This document shows positions 10,001 to 19,344 of a DNA stretch of 64,000 nucleotides, in pieces. The stretch is from NCBI GenBank assembly GCA_018241125.1, contig JAFEEL010000023.1:3813-67812 (forward strand), read 5' to 3'. The translations under genes were made by a program, and so were the position numbers. The notes below the pieces were generated by a model that ran no database searches, was not told the DNA's origin, and was given only the letters and a program-made list of their open reading frames with translations. The first letter of the stretch is position 1; each line of letters starts with the position of its first letter. The DNA is from Pseudomonadota bacterium (GTDB taxonomy: Bacteria; Pseudomonadota; Gammaproteobacteria; Xanthomonadales; Xanthomonadaceae).

Positions 10001-11881
10001 CGCACCACTGGCGCCGGTGTAGCCGTAGACGCCATTGTCGTAGGCGTGCGCATGGCTGTAGGCGGCGATGTTGCCGTCGTTGACCACGCCGATCGCGTAG
10101 GTCGCGCCAGCCTTGAGGCCGACCGCACGGGCGATGCCGAACAACTGCGTTTCGGCCGTGGCGTAGATGGATGCGCCGGCGAGGTTGTCGATCGAGGAAC
10201 TCGACCCGGCGATCTCCAGCGCGGTCGCGGAGGCCATGTAGCCGCCCACGATGGCGGCATGGGCCTCGATGGTGCCGCCGTTGCTGACGCTGGCGCCGGC
10301 AGACCCGTTCACGAACCCGTACACGTGCGCGCCGGTCGCATAGGCCGTGGCCGACGAGACGTTGGCATAACCGCGCCCACCCTGCGCGGTGGCGTCGATG
10401 TCGCCGCGATTGACCAGCACGGCACTGTTCCCGCTGTGGATGTAGGCCCCGGTGGTCACCGAGTTGCCCACTTGCGAGGTCGCGCTGGCGAAGATCGATC
10501 CGAGGTTGTCGATTTGGGCATCGCCGTGGCCATACGCACCCGACTGCGCCACCGCACCCCAGGCGCTGGCGTACCCTTGGGTGGTGATCGCCGAGGCTTC
10601 GATGTCGCCCGAGTTGCTGATCAGTGCCTGCCCGTTGCCGGAAGGATTCACCGCACGCGCGCCGATTGCCTTGGCCACCAGAAAGCCGCTGGTGCCGCTG
10701 ATGTCGGTGGTGGCCGAGGCCACCACCGAAATCGCCCCGCGATTGTCGATCGTCGAAGCGCCCATGACGGCATCGTTGTAGACCCCGACGGCTTGGGCTT
10801 CGAACTGGCCGTACGGGGCCAGCGTGCCATCGGCAACCACGCCGATGGTGCCCGTGTTGAGGGTGCTGGCCTGCAGGTACGACACGTTGATCAATCCGGC
10901 CGCGGTCGCTTGCGTCCCGGATGCGCTGGCAGAAATCGTGCCCTGATTGCTGGCATCGGCGGCCAGAAACCCGGTCGCCAGCACGCCGGTCGCATTGGCC
11001 GTGCCGCTGTTTGCGCTGGCGCTGGCGGCGATATCGCCGGCGTTGTAGAACGCCGCAGCCGTCGTGCGGCTGTAAAGGTGGGCGCCCGTCGCCGAAGCGT
11101 TGCCGCCGGTGGCGTTTGCCGTGGCGCTCAGCTCACCGTCATTGCGCAGTTTGACCCCCACGCTGGAAAGCCCGGCGGCAAACCCACCCAGAACATAGGC
11201 GCCCACTGCGGTGGCATCACCGGCCAAGGCGTCGGCAGTGGCGACGATATGCCCCGATGCCTGGTTGTGCACATAGGCTTGCAGGCCGGCCAGATCGACC
11301 ACCCCGAAGGCGGTGGCATGGGCCGCCCGGGCAGATGCCTGGAGGTCGCCGTCGACATCGACCGTACTGAAAAAACGATCGCGGGCATACAGCCCGACCG
11401 CGCTGTAGGTGCCATACACATGCACGTCGCCGCTGGACTGCGCGCCCACCCGGTCCTGACTCACCGCGAACACATCGCCGCCGCCGACGACGGTGACATC
11501 GTGAACCGCGGCAACCTCGGTCTCGTCGATCCGGCGCACACCACGCCCGCCGTCGTCCCGCCCGCCATCGCCAACGGCCAACCCGGGCGACGGATGCACG
11601 CTGTCGGGCCAGCGGTCGCCCGTCACCACGGTCAGATCGACCGGGGCCGGCAAGCTGGCTTGTTCGCCGCGCCGCGCGGACTGCCCGTGCCGGACAGTCT
11701 GGGTGGCGCCGGCCGCGTGGCTGCCGTCTGCGGCCGCCCAGCCCGAAGCCGGCAAACTCAAGCCCAGCACGGTCGCCGAAACTGCCAAGGCGGCATGGAT
11801 CGCCCGGCTGATGGGCGCGAACTTCGGGCGCGGCAGCGGACGGCCGGTGCGGGTGGTCTGGTAGCGGATCGATGGATTCAT
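7052..11881 (-). CDS. Classical (type Va) autotransporter, 1609 aa, repetitive beta-helix-like passenger
   Basis: In-frame ATG 11881 gives the signal peptide MNPSIRYQTTRTGRPLPRPKFAPISRAIHAALAVSATVLGLSLPASGWAA. More than 35 degenerate rungs carry N-x-G-x-I and A-x-G-[AV] motifs. C-terminal beta-barrel ends GGQLGVRYSW. The rest of the 2666-aa track ORF is antisense of the next gene. Confidence 0.85.
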   Translation of the reverse strand: MNPSIRYQTTRTGRPLPRPKFAPISRAIHAALAVSATVLGLSLPASGWAAADGSHAAGATQTVRHGQSARRGEQASLPAPVDLTVVTGDRWPDSVHPSPGLAVGDGGRDDGGRGVRRIDETEVAAVHDVTVVGGGDVFAVSQDRVGAQSSGDVHVYGTYSAVGLYARDRFFSTVDVDGDLQASARAAHATAFGVVDLAGLQAYVHNQASGHIVATADALAGDATAVGAYVLGGFAAGLSSVGVKLRNDGELSATANATGGNASATGAHLYSRTTAAAFYNAGDIAASASANSGTANATGVLATGFLAADASNQGTISASASGTQATAAGLINVSYLQASTLNTGTIGVVADGTLAPYGQFEAQAVGVYNDAVMGASTIDNRGAISVVASATTDISGTSGFLVAKAIGARAVNPSGNGQALISNSGDIEASAITTQGYASAWGAVAQSGAYGHGDAQIDNLGSIFASATSQVGNSVTTGAYIHSGNSAVLVNRGDIDATAQGGRGYANVSSATAYATGAHVYGFVNGSAGASVSNGGTIEAHAAIVGGYMASATALEIAGSSSSIDNLAGASIYATAETQLFGIARAVGLKAGATYAIGVVNDGNIAAYSHAHAYDNGVYGYTGASGATGVDAEANYKGNISVVNHGDVSAHAVTDHGVNFNLAGAGATGVHAYAKYNGVVENSGAISAIASTDVGIAAAYGVSARGKYYTHVSNDAGGHIVASASTGSLLSDSYGGRAIAMGAKVYGSTRAVIDNAGSIVAQAVANPDGGANAGPSLAKAWGATIGAYSTVASGSVVNFGDIAAGATADYGHATAFGTYVRDITNNPTAVVVASTANNGTIVATAAADHGEAFAVGSYLRGLRQLYYVDCSSGTCHYPGTLTPNGGAAALENSGQITAIATAHAGAGDAYGVTVLGAFDSAITNSGQIGASVDADTARAVGALTNSLYGDATLHNSGNIGATANGAVASASGVFVAGAFGNAATSYMAATVDNAGHIWAKATGTTTATAIGIEATGWKNDGIGIDNSGTIAAAAYGAGATATAVSMISNGDNVLHNSGSIGAFGDGTRIAIASSAGATATVVNAGTISGAIVTGGGNDRFSNQAGGVWNVIGTATDFGAGDDTIDNAGTIFLPGAWVSMGSFGQLGNVFSNGGTIRVSGASVIDMGAGNPNPFTNTGSVDFRNGTPTDSLTVLGDWAGNGRIGVDVDARHGVSDTLTVVGNVAAGSVTKVDVNLLALPTTAWSSVPVVQVTGDATAGSFVLGDVQFDNNKSFLVVQAVSLGSVIDTSNTHPDVFSLGVAVTGLTDAGSLAAAFAPGVQRLMNSQIGTWRQRMGVLDPTPRGSVGAWARAFSNSGTVNPSHVADNFGQGGNVAFDQDDSGQELGVDFAIADGFSAGLLLGKAQASQHLDAVGVFGSNKISGDTRGVYATWVGGNGFYLDASYRQMRFDARLDSAAGESRTNGRADAFNGELGWSWMLGDSFKLAPQLQYTRTSVHRVDSISGALAGFKPDGGVSSRGRAGLAISRDFTSGSTIWTPYAAVSAVREFDGRNGFTIDNTFTGSTSTRGTSALVEGGVAMHSGKLSVFGGVNWQNGGALSSLFGGQLGVRYSW

Positions 11882-12085
11882 TGCGTCCCCGGTGGTTGGG
11901 TCGATTGCGTGAGCGGCGATGTCCGGCATGAGCGGTCGCGAACCTGCGGATGATCCGGGCGGCCGCGGCGGCACCGGCGGCGATGGCGACCACCTGAGTC
12001 TCGGCGGCAGCGTCATCGCGCCAGCGCAGCGCTGGCCGACACGATAGTGCAGCCCCGGTCCGCAGCGAAGCGACGGCATGCCTGT

Positions 12086-12105
12086 CCCCCCCGAGCCGGG
12101 GGGGG
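12086..12105. repeat. C7-GAGCC-G8 homopolymer hairpin in the divergent control region
   Basis: ccccccc gagcc gggggggg read directly. About 205 bp upstream of the autotransporter ATG and about 220 bp upstream of the regulator ATG. Confidence 0.9.
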
Positions 12106-12322
12106 CATCGCACCGCGCCGGCTGATCGTCGCTGTCGTTGCCCAGGACCGATCTGCCCGCGATACGCGCTTGCCGCCGCCGGGCGTGCCGTGCGGGGCAG
12201 TTATCATCGCGGGCGGAAATGCGACGCATAACCGCGTTTGCCGACACTGCGGCCACTACGCTGGCGTGATCGGTGCGTTTCCGCCGCCGCACCGACCCCG
12301 CTCCCAAACCCAGCGCGCCCCG

Positions 12323-14974
12323 ATGCACGAAGCCGAGTTCGTCCTCAAAACTACGCCCCCGCGGCTGCCGCGCACGGCGCTGGATCGCGAGCGTCTGGCC
12401 CGCCTGCGCACCGGGGTTGGCGAGCGCACCGCGATCGTGGTGCTGGCGCCGGCCGGCTTCGGCAAGACCGTGCTGCTCGTGCACTGGCGCAAGCAATGGC
12501 TGGCCGAGGGCGCACTGGTGGCGTGGCTGAGCGCCGACCGCGACGACGACCCGGCACGTTTCCATCTGGCGCTGCTGCACTGCGTGCGGGCAGGCAGCGG
12601 GCATCCGGCGTTGAACACCTCGGGCAACGAGCAGCTGGCCGACACCGATCAGGGCATCGAGACGCTGACCGGCCTGCTCGCGGAGATCGCCGGGCTGGGC
12701 CGCGAGACGATCCTGATCGTGGATGATGCCGAGCGTTTGCCCGAGGCCAGTTGCCGTTCGCTCGCCTACCTGCTGCGCAACGCCCCGGCGAACCTGCATG
12801 TGGTGGTGGGCACGCGCACGCCGCTGGATCTGCGCACCGGCGAACTGGCCGCAAAAGGCCACTGTGCCGTGCTCAAGGCCGACGACCTGCGCTTGCAAGC
12901 GGACGAAACGCTGGCGATCTTGCGCAAACGCTTCGAGCAGCGCTTGAGTCTGGACGACTGCGTGCGCCTGCATGAGGCTACCGAAGGCTGGCCGATCGGT
13001 TTGCAACTGGCCATTGCGACGATCGAGTCGGCGGCCGACCCGGCGACGGCGATCCGATCGCTTTCGGGCCGTCAGGGTGACATCGAGCGCTACTTTGTCG
13101 AATCGCTGTTTGCCAGCCTGTCGGCGCCGTTGCTCGATTTTCTCGTGCGCATCGCGATCCTCGATCGCATCGACGCACCGATGTGCGCGGCGGTTGCCGA
13201 CTGCGTCGAGGCCGACGCGCATTTGCAGCATCTGGCGCACGCCACGCCGATCCTGGTCGCCGCCGAGTTGCGCGGCTGGTACCGCATGCATCCGCTGGCG
13301 CGCGACTTCCTGCACGCGCGCTTCGAGGAACTGCCGACGGATGCGCAACGAACCTGTCATCGCCGCGCCTGCGCGTGGTTCGCACGCTTGCAGCAGTATC
13401 CGGAAGCGGCCGCCCACGCGCTGGCCGCGGGCGACGGCGCGCAGGCCGACGAGTACGCGGTCAAGTCGCTGTGGACACTGCGCACGCAAGGCAAGTTCGC
13501 CGAGGCGCAGGCATGGCTGCAACGCATCGCCCCGCAGCGCATCGCCGGCGACACCCACCTGCGCCTTCTCGCCGCCTGGGCCGACGCCCTGGGCGAACGC
13601 AATGCGCAAGCGTTCCAGATCGCCAGACAGATCCTCGACGACCCGGCCACGTCCGCGGAGCACCGCTTCATCGCCGCGTTGGTCGCCGCCAGTGCGACCG
13701 GCTATTCGGACCGGATCGGGCTGTTGCCGGAACTGTTCGCGCGCTGGCCGGAGCTTCCGACCGGCATGCACGAACCGGTCTGCGAACTCGTCTGGCGCAA
13801 TGCGATGGCGCATTACCAGATGCACGCCGGGCGTACCGATCGGGCGCGCCGCATGCTGGCGGTGCTGCCGATCGACTTGCACGCAGGCACGGCCATGCTC
13901 GCGCTGTCGTATCGCACTATGTTGCTGGGCCTGACCCACTTGTGGGATGGCGAGGCCGGGCAGGCGCAGGCAGTCCTGCAACCGGCGCTGGCTCTGGCCG
14001 AGCGACAGACCGGGCGGCGCAGTCTGGTGGCCAGCATGTTCGCCGCCGTGCTGGCGCCGGCCCTGTACGACCTCGACCAGATCGATGCCGCACTGGCGCT
14101 GCTCGCCGACCGTCTGGACATCATCGAACGCACCAGCTTTCCCGACGCCATCTTGCTCGCCTACCGCACGCTCACCCGGATCGCGCTGGCCCAAGGCGAC
14201 GAACGCCGCGCCCTGGCGTTGCTCGACAACCTCGAGTTGCTCGCGCAGCGGCGCGCCCTCCCGCGCCTGGCCGCGCAGGCGCTGGCCGAGCAAGTACGGG
14301 TCCATGCGCAGCGCGGCGAACAGGCCAAGGCCACCCGCTCGCTGCAGCAACTCGATGCGCTCGCGGCGACGTTCGTGCAGCACGCGTTCGCGCCGTATCA
14401 CGAGCAGTACCAGCTGGCGCGCTGCATCGCCAGCGCGCATGCGGCATTGGGTCGCGGCGAACCGGCAAGCGCAATGACTCAGCTGGATCGGGCGCACGTC
14501 CACGCCACCGCCATGCAACGCCAAGGCGGGCTGGTGACCGTACACGCCTTGCGCGCCGTGTGCGCACGCCAGTGCGACCGCCCCGATGCAACCACGCTGC
14601 TGATGCGGGCGCACGATGCCGTGCGCTCCGGCACCGCGATGCGCGCATTGGCCGATGCGCATCCGCTGGCGCTGCAGATGGCGACAGCCTTGCACCGGGC
14701 GACGGCGGGGCTGCACAGCGTGCCGCCCGCCATGCCGACCGCTGCAATCGCAGCGGCGCCGACCCCGGCGCGCTGCGGGCCGCTCACGCCCAAGGAAGCG
14801 GCGGTACTGGGCCAGCTCGAAAAGGGCATGTCCAACAAACAGATCGCGCGCGCCCTGGACATCGGCGAAGAAACGGTCAAGTGGCACGTGAAGAACCTGT
14901 GCCTGAAGCTCTCTGCCGGAACCCGCAAGCACGCGGTGGACCGCGCGCGCCTGCTGGGCTTGGTCGCGTCCTGA
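12323..14974 (+). CDS. MalT/LAL-type large ATP-binding LuxR-family transcriptional regulator
   Basis: 883 aa from ATG 12323 (MHEAEFVLKTTPPRLP). Walker A LAPAGFGKTVLL, long helical middle, C-terminal LuxR HTH (LTPKEAAVLGQLEKGMSNKQIARALDIGEETVKWHVKNLCLKLSA). Confidence 0.85.
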   Translation: MHEAEFVLKTTPPRLPRTALDRERLARLRTGVGERTAIVVLAPAGFGKTVLLVHWRKQWLAEGALVAWLSADRDDDPARFHLALLHCVRAGSGHPALNTSGNEQLADTDQGIETLTGLLAEIAGLGRETILIVDDAERLPEASCRSLAYLLRNAPANLHVVVGTRTPLDLRTGELAAKGHCAVLKADDLRLQADETLAILRKRFEQRLSLDDCVRLHEATEGWPIGLQLAIATIESAADPATAIRSLSGRQGDIERYFVESLFASLSAPLLDFLVRIAILDRIDAPMCAAVADCVEADAHLQHLAHATPILVAAELRGWYRMHPLARDFLHARFEELPTDAQRTCHRRACAWFARLQQYPEAAAHALAAGDGAQADEYAVKSLWTLRTQGKFAEAQAWLQRIAPQRIAGDTHLRLLAAWADALGERNAQAFQIARQILDDPATSAEHRFIAALVAASATGYSDRIGLLPELFARWPELPTGMHEPVCELVWRNAMAHYQMHAGRTDRARRMLAVLPIDLHAGTAMLALSYRTMLLGLTHLWDGEAGQAQAVLQPALALAERQTGRRSLVASMFAAVLAPALYDLDQIDAALALLADRLDIIERTSFPDAILLAYRTLTRIALAQGDERRALALLDNLELLAQRRALPRLAAQALAEQVRVHAQRGEQAKATRSLQQLDALAATFVQHAFAPYHEQYQLARCIASAHAALGRGEPASAMTQLDRAHVHATAMQRQGGLVTVHALRAVCARQCDRPDATTLLMRAHDAVRSGTAMRALADAHPLALQMATALHRATAGLHSVPPAMPTAAIAAAPTPARCGPLTPKEAAVLGQLEKGMSNKQIARALDIGEETVKWHVKNLCLKLSAGTRKHAVDRARLLGLVAS

Positions 14975-15050
14975 TCGACGCGCATGCAGCACAAGCGCAA
15001 CGGCGCGTGGCACGATACGCAGATTGCTGCGCCTCGGATGACCGCCGCCC

Positions 15051-15605
15051 ATGCACGTGTTGCCGCCCGTCCTGCCGACACTGCGCGGTGACCGCGTGCA
15101 TTTGCGCCCGCCGCACGGCGGCGATCGGGATGCGCTGTTCGCGCTCTATTCGGCACCGGCGGTGATGCGCTACTGGAGCACGCCGGCGTGGTCGGAACTG
15201 GCCGCGGCCGATGCGTGGTTCGGCCGCAGCGATGATGGCCTGCTCGCCGGCTCGGCCGTGACCTGGGCGATTTGCCGGCCGCTGGACGACCGCTTGATCG
15301 GCACGGTGAGCCTGCACGCGATCTTCCCGGCGCAGGCGCGTGCCGAAATCGGCTACGCCCTGCACCCGGCGCACTGGGGCTGCGGGCTGGCGCGCGAGGC
15401 GGTGCGGCTGGCGCTGGGGTTCGGTTTCGACAGCCTCGGCCTGCGCCGCATCGAGGCCGATACCGACCCGGAAAATGCCGCCTCGTGCCGGCTGCTCGAA
15501 GCGCTGGGCTTTGCCCGCGAGGGCCTGCTGCGCGAACGCTGGCAGGTCGGCGACACGCCATCGGATACCGCGTTTTACGGCTTGCTCAAAGGAGACTTGC
15601 GATGA
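15051..15605 (+). CDS. GNAT-family (RimJ/RimL-like) N-acetyltransferase
   Basis: 184 aa. LRGDRVHLRPP...IGTVSLHAI...AEIGYALHPAHWGCGLAREAVRLALGFGFDSLGLRRIEADTDPENAASCRLLEALGF is an Acetyltransf_3-type pattern. Confidence 0.8.
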   Translation: MHVLPPVLPTLRGDRVHLRPPHGGDRDALFALYSAPAVMRYWSTPAWSELAAADAWFGRSDDGLLAGSAVTWAICRPLDDRLIGTVSLHAIFPAQARAEIGYALHPAHWGCGLAREAVRLALGFGFDSLGLRRIEADTDPENAASCRLLEALGFAREGLLRERWQVGDTPSDTAFYGLLKGDLR

Positions 15606-16390
15606 GGACTCCACCCAGCGGCGCAGTGCTCGCCGGCCCCGTATTGGCATCGATCATGGCCTGCGCGGCCATGCAACCGGCGCAGGCCGACGACTCGCCG
15701 CCACCGTTCGATCGCCCGAGTTTCAGCTTTGCCCCCGCGGTGCTGCCGGTCGGCACATTCGACTGGGAACAAGGCCTGCCCGACATGGAGCGCGACAGCG
15801 ATGCCGGCATGCGCACGACCACCTACACGGCCGACACCGTGCTGCGCTACGGGATGACAGCGAACCTCGAAGTGCAGTTGCACGCCTCGCCGTGGAATCA
15901 CTCCAGCATCCGCACCGGCGCCGTCCACGCGAGCGCGCAAGGCGCCGGCGATACCGCGTTGGGCATCAAGTGGGCACCGCCGCTGGACAGCAAGCAATGG
16001 ACCCTAGCCGTGCTGGGCCTGGTCAGCTTCGACACCGGGTCGGCCGCCTTCAGCGCCGGCCACACCGTCACCTCGCTGGGCGTAGCGGCGGCTCGCGATC
16101 TGGGCGGCAATCGTTCGCTGGGCTTGTATGCGAACCTCGATCATGGCGCTGGCCAGAACACCTGGACCGGCTCGGTGAATTTCAACTTCCCCATCCACGG
16201 CGACTTCGGCGGCTTCGCGCAGATCGGGCGTTTTGCCGGCGGCGGCGTATCCAGCTCACTGGCCGGCGGCGGCATCACCTGGCTGATCCACGACACGGTT
16301 CAGCTCGATCTGGACGCGAACGTGGGGATGACAAAACGCAGCCCGGATTATCAACTCGGGTTCGGCGTATCGGTGTTGTTCGGCAAATAG
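15602..16390 (+). CDS. Outer-membrane beta-barrel protein (MetA-pathway/phenol-degradation-like transporter family)
   Basis: 262 aa. ATG 15602 overlaps the GNAT stop (ATGA). Signal peptide ...AAMQPAQA, then DRPSFSFAPAVLPVGTFDWEQGL and alternating beta-strand pattern. C-terminal ...GFGVSVLFGK. Confidence 0.55.
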   Translation: MRTPPSGAVLAGPVLASIMACAAMQPAQADDSPPPFDRPSFSFAPAVLPVGTFDWEQGLPDMERDSDAGMRTTTYTADTVLRYGMTANLEVQLHASPWNHSSIRTGAVHASAQGAGDTALGIKWAPPLDSKQWTLAVLGLVSFDTGSAAFSAGHTVTSLGVAAARDLGGNRSLGLYANLDHGAGQNTWTGSVNFNFPIHGDFGGFAQIGRFAGGGVSSSLAGGGITWLIHDTVQLDLDANVGMTKRSPDYQLGFGVSVLFGK

Positions 16391-16409
16391 TCCGGGTGCG
16401 CCCAGCGCA

Positions 16410-16910
16410 CTACCGATTCGACGAGTCTCGATCCGCGCGCAGGCGACGACTCGCCCTGCGCACCCGCCAGCGCACCAAGAATCCCATCGCGATCGAGACG
16501 ATCCAGCCGGCACCCAAGCCGGTCACGTAAATCGGCAAGGCCTTGGCATCGATACCGAGGTCGCCGTGGAACTCCAGCGCGAAGCCAGCCCACATCACCC
16601 CGAAGAAGCCGAGCACCCACAGCCATGCCATGGCCAGCGCAACGGCCAGCATCCGGGGCCATCGCATCGTCGCGGCCCGGTTTCCCCACCATCCTCCGGA
16701 GCCGATCGACAACCCGATCATCGTCGCAAGCGCGAAGCAATTCACGGCCACGGACGTAGCCGTCTTGTCGACCCCGAGGAGTTCGAGTCCCAGCAACGCC
16801 AGCCAGGGAGCGGCAAAGCCGCAGCCCACTCGAAGGCCGATTTTTCGCGCATTCACACCGTACGCCGGTAGCACGGGCGATGCCGGAGGCTGGTATGGAT
16901 TCGAGATCAT
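16410..16910 (-). CDS. Hypothetical integral membrane protein (about 4 TM helices)
   Basis: ORF 16410-16949. Start set at MISNPYQPP (16910). Hydrophobic segments GCGFAAPWLALLGLELLG, VAVNCFALATMIGLSIG, MLAVALAMAWLWVLGFFGVMWAGFAL, LGAGWIVSIAMGFLV. No family recognised. Confidence 0.5.
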   Translation of the reverse strand: MISNPYQPPASPVLPAYGVNARKIGLRVGCGFAAPWLALLGLELLGVDKTATSVAVNCFALATMIGLSIGSGGWWGNRAATMRWPRMLAVALAMAWLWVLGFFGVMWAGFALEFHGDLGIDAKALPIYVTGLGAGWIVSIAMGFLVRWRVRRASRRLRADRDSSNR

Positions 16911-17013
16911 GCGGATGTGTACGTGCCGCTGCCTGCAACACTCACGCACAGGACTGCCGAAAAACGAAACCCCGCCGACGCGGGGTTTGCGCGCTTCACG
17001 GTGGCCGGTTGGG

Positions 17014-18078
<1,065 letters not shown>

Positions 18079-18232
18079 TCATTTTACCCCGTCGGCGCGG
18101 CGCGGCCCACCCCGAGGCGGGGCGGCGATGGCATGAGGTGATGCGATCGCAAGATCGCACGCGCGGATGCCCGACCCAACACCCGTCCACACGCATGCCG
18201 TGCATCACCAGATAGCGCGTAGTGGGCGTTGC

Positions 18233-18574
18233 TCAAGACAAGGCGAGAACGAGCTTCAGTCCACTGTCTACTTTATCCATGACAGCGCCCGGAACGGCCT
18301 TGACCTTGGCAACAAGAATCCTGCGATCCAGTGTGATCAACTGCGACACGTTCACCACCGATGGCTGTGGAAGGCCGGAGTCCGCTTTGGCGATGCGTAC
18401 ATTGCCGGGCGCTTCTGCCAAGGAGAGATTCGACGTGAGCGTTGCAACAATCACGGTGGCGATGCGACTGGCATTGAACGGGTTGGCCTGAACCACCAGC
18501 ACCGGCCGCTTGTAGCCGGGGCCAGAACCCACCGGGCTTGGGAGATCGGCCCACCAGATCTCACCACGCTTCAT
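18233..18574 (-). CDS. mazF: Type II toxin, MazF/PemK family endoribonuclease
   Basis: 113 aa from MKRGEIWWADLPSPVGSGPGYKRPVLVVQANPFN...VIVATLTSN. Start overlaps the upstream antitoxin gene by 14 nt. Confidence 0.85.
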   Translation of the reverse strand: MKRGEIWWADLPSPVGSGPGYKRPVLVVQANPFNASRIATVIVATLTSNLSLAEAPGNVRIAKADSGLPQPSVVNVSQLITLDRRILVAKVKAVPGAVMDKVDSGLKLVLALS

Positions 18575-18797
18575 TACCGATAGCTCCGAGCTGGGCTGCG
18601 GCCAACGCAGGATCAACCGACTCAAGCCCAGTGCCATACAGGGCGTTCAGGCGCTCGGTAATCCGCGAGTCCTGACGCTTGCCCAGATATTCCTCTATCG
18701 CTGTGGCGTAGAGCTGACTGCGCGAGACGCGCAGGCGATGGGCCAACTTTTCCGCTTCGGAGAAGATCGGGTCAGGCAACGAGATGGCGACTTTCAT
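18561..18797 (-). CDS. Type II antitoxin, ribbon-helix-helix (CopG-like)
   Basis: 78 aa. MKVAISLPDPIFSEAEKLAHRLRVSRSQLYATAIEEYL is an RHH pattern. Sits directly upstream of, and overlaps, the MazF gene. Confidence 0.75.
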   Translation of the reverse strand: MKVAISLPDPIFSEAEKLAHRLRVSRSQLYATAIEEYLGKRQDSRITERLNALYGTGLESVDPALAAAQLGAIGNEAW

Positions 18798-18849
18798 GTC
18801 TGGATGGTATCACCGCGGTATGACCAACGCAATTCGCGACCCGCTCACG

Positions 18850-18885
18850 CCCCCATCCCAACCTTCCCCCGCAAGCGGGGGAAGG
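18850..18885. repeat. REP-type GC hairpin, second copy (CCCCCATCCCAACCTTCCCCCG-CAA-GCGGGGGAAGG)
   Basis: Near-identical to 3665-3706. Lies just 3' of the SnoaL-like gene, so may also act as a terminator. Confidence 0.85.
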
Positions 18886-18950
18886 GGCGGTTCATGGCGC
18901 GGATATGCCAGTCCGGGACGAGCCTTTCCACACACGCAAGCACACGCCGA

Positions 18951-19337
18951 TCACGTGCTTTGCAACACCTGCCCCATCAACCGATGAATCAACTCGATCG
19001 CCTTGAGCGGGCGGATCATCACCTTGAAATCGGTGATGAGGCCGTGCTCGTTCCAGCCAATCAGATCGACGCCATTGACGTGGATACCGTCGATCGTCGT
19101 CGCGAACTCCAGCGCCGCGTCGCGCTCGCCGACGATTTCGCGAACGTAGCGAAAGCTGTCGTTGCCCAGCACCACGAACGCTGCGGACAGATACGCCGCG
19201 ACCAACGCGCGCCCGCGCTGCGGGGTGTGCACCACCGGCGAGTGGAACACGGCATCCTCGGCGAGCAGGCCGTGCAGACCGTTCGCGTCACGCGCGGCCA
19301 GCACGCGATGCCACGCGGCGATGGCATGTTCGTTCAC
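18951..19337 (-). CDS. SnoaL-like / NTF2-family protein
   Basis: 128 aa. N-terminal WHRVLAARDANGLHGLLAEDAVFHSPVVHTPQRG and overall size fit the NTF2-like fold family. Confidence 0.6.
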   Translation of the reverse strand: MNEHAIAAWHRVLAARDANGLHGLLAEDAVFHSPVVHTPQRGRALVAAYLSAAFVVLGNDSFRYVREIVGERDAALEFATTIDGIHVNGVDLIGWNEHGLITDFKVMIRPLKAIELIHRLMGQVLQST

Positions 19338-19344
19338 TGCGGCC

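Noticed and set aside
7400-11953. A 1517-aa plus-strand ORF antisense to the autotransporter
   Set aside because: The product has biased R/G/A/D/V composition with no motifs. It exactly shadows a strongly supported gene on the other strand, which is a high-GC artefact. The same reasoning applies to 38760-40730, 43048-45225, 46034-47710, 55955-57838, 60662-62248 and similar shadow ORFs.
7052-15052. A 2666-aa minus-strand ORF, which would be one enormous protein
   Set aside because: Only the 3' 4830 nt (from ATG 11881, with a signal peptide) look like a real autotransporter. The upstream 3.1 kb is the antisense frame of the MalT-like regulator plus intergenic DNA. It translates to Arg/Ala/Gly-rich low-complexity sequence typical of open antisense frames in high-GC DNA.
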